DNA from: Azolla caroliniana
Lineage: Eukaryota > Plantae > Polypodiophyta
Length of the DNA stretch: 64,000 bases
Assembly: GCA_043228905.1 (NCBI GenBank)
Contig: JBHGNT010000008.1
Span: 17,422,001-17,486,000, forward strand
Direction of reading: 5' to 3'
Positions within the stretch are counted from its first letter, which is position 1. Every line of letters begins with the position of its first letter. The position numbers and the translations under genes are program-made. The notes under the pieces are model-generated. The model did not search any database and was not told the DNA's origin. It worked only from the letters and a program-made list of their open reading frames with translations. Shown here one piece after another: positions 62,612 through 64,000 of the stretch.

Positions 62612-63072
62612 TGTCAAGGCTGAGAGAGAGAAAGAGAGAGAAAAAGAGATAGAGAGATAATTGAAAGAGAATTATTATATTGAAGCCTAAAATGGATTAC
62701 AAAGAGTAGGCTACAAAATGGCGTTGAACCAATTTAGGTTTGGGATGGGTGGTAGATCCCTATTTATAAGTAATAGAGAACACTCTAGAATATTCTAGGT
62801 TATCCTAGAATGTAGAGTAATCTAGAAGATCTCTAGAGTATTCGAGAAGGTTCTAGTGGTATAGAACACTCTAGAATATTGTAGAATGTAGAGTAATATA
62901 GAATATTCCTATGATATTAGATTTCATATTCTAGAGACTATACATATAAGAATATTAATACAATGGTTAAGGATTTGACATGTGTACAACAAGGTCCTGG
63001 GTTCAAATCCTTTCGAGTCATAATGTGAATGTCATGATCCTTTCGATGCATGATGTGAGTGTTATCATGACA
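62612..63072 (-). mobile_element. chromovirus LTR shared by two tandem internal regions
   Basis: TGTCA..TGACA termini; PPT GAAGAAGGGGGATAG at 63073-63087 on one side, PBS and gag on the other; TATAAATA (-) at 62761-62768. Confidence 0.88.
62950..63018 (+). other. tRNA-like A-box/B-box module in chromovirus LTR U3
   Basis: TAATACAATGGTTAAGG ... AAGGTCCTGGGTTCAAATCC. Confidence 0.68.
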
Positions 63073-63114
63073 CTATCCCCCTTCTTCGACGACACGTCTC
63101 ATGGGTCGTAAGGT

Positions 63115-64000
63115 TTGTATTAGGACCTGGTTTACAAGCATATTGGCGATGAAATGCATTGACGAGTTCTGCAGCATTGGAAAGATTTGCGGCAGGTTCC
63201 CAAGTTCGATCATTGGGGGTATAACCTAGCTAATCGACTAAGTAATACAGCTTGTTGCGCACGATTTTAGAATCAAGAATGGCAGCAACTTCAAATTTAG
63301 GCCCATCCAAGAACTCGACAGGTGGTGGGGGTGTCGTAAGTCGGCCCGGAATTGAACTTGTAGTATAAGGTTCCAAAAGGGATACATGAAACACCGGATG
63401 AAGATGCATGTGCGGACGGAGGTCAAGACGAAATGCAACATCACTTATCTTACCAGTGATCATGTTAGGGCCAAAACGTTGGTAATCCAATTTACTGCAA
63501 GGTCGAGTGGTCTTGATGTTGTGTTGGAGAAGCCATACATGATCCCCAATGCGGAACTTTTTTGAGGAGTCTAGACGATGACGATCGGCAAGCCTCTTGT
63601 GTGTAAATTGAGCATCGTGCAAATTGTGGAGAATGTTAGCTTGAATTTCATGGAGGCGACTAAGACGATCCTCGGCAGCAAGGTTCGTAGGAACTTCTGG
63701 ATGCACATTCATCGTCCACCGAGGATGACAGCTTGTATTTGCGAAAAATGGGGAATATCCTGTAGAAGAATGGGTTGAGTTGTTGTAAGCGAATTCTGCC
63801 AAGTGCAAAAAAGCAACCCAATCATCTTGTTGATAGTTGATGAAACAACGAAGATATTGTTCCAATGTCTGGTTGGTACGCTCTGTTTGGCCATTTGTTT
63901 CAGGATGATAGCCTGAGGAAAGCTTAACTGAAATGTGGAGAAGTTTGAACAGGTGCTTCCAAAAATTTGAGATGAATTGTGGACCACGATCACTAATAAT
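63115..64000 (-). pseudogene. Tcn1-like chromovirus integrase C-terminus with chromodomain
   Basis: LAEFAYNN..HSSTG.SPF, HPVFHVSLL, then FEVAAILDSK..KLYYLVD*LGY..DRTWEP. Confidence 0.9.

Overview
Eukaryotic, transposon-dense land-plant DNA. The mix of Tcn1-like chromoviruses, tRNA-Trp-primed gypsy elements and an RTEX-like LINE suggests a non-seed plant such as a fern, lycophyte or bryophyte (inference). The only cellular genes are four intronless germin-like protein (GLP, cupin) genes. They form a head-to-head pair (4917-8695) and its segmental duplicate (32529-45402), in which a 9-kb copia nest splits the shared promoter and the second gene is frameshifted. The rest is nested LTR retrotransposons, LINE fragments and one hAT element, many with readable LTRs, PBS, PPT and TSDs. 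The most unusual signal is that four otherwise dissimilar Ty3/gypsy LTR types each carry a tRNA-like A-box/B-box (Pol III promoter) module in U3, always antisense to the element (6 copies). Also notable: a Tf1-type self-priming PBS in a shared-LTR chromovirus tandem, a very young gag-only element with a 4-bp TSD near its pol-encoding relative, and a -1 ribosomal frameshift signal at a gag-pol junction. All alignments and counts were done by eye.
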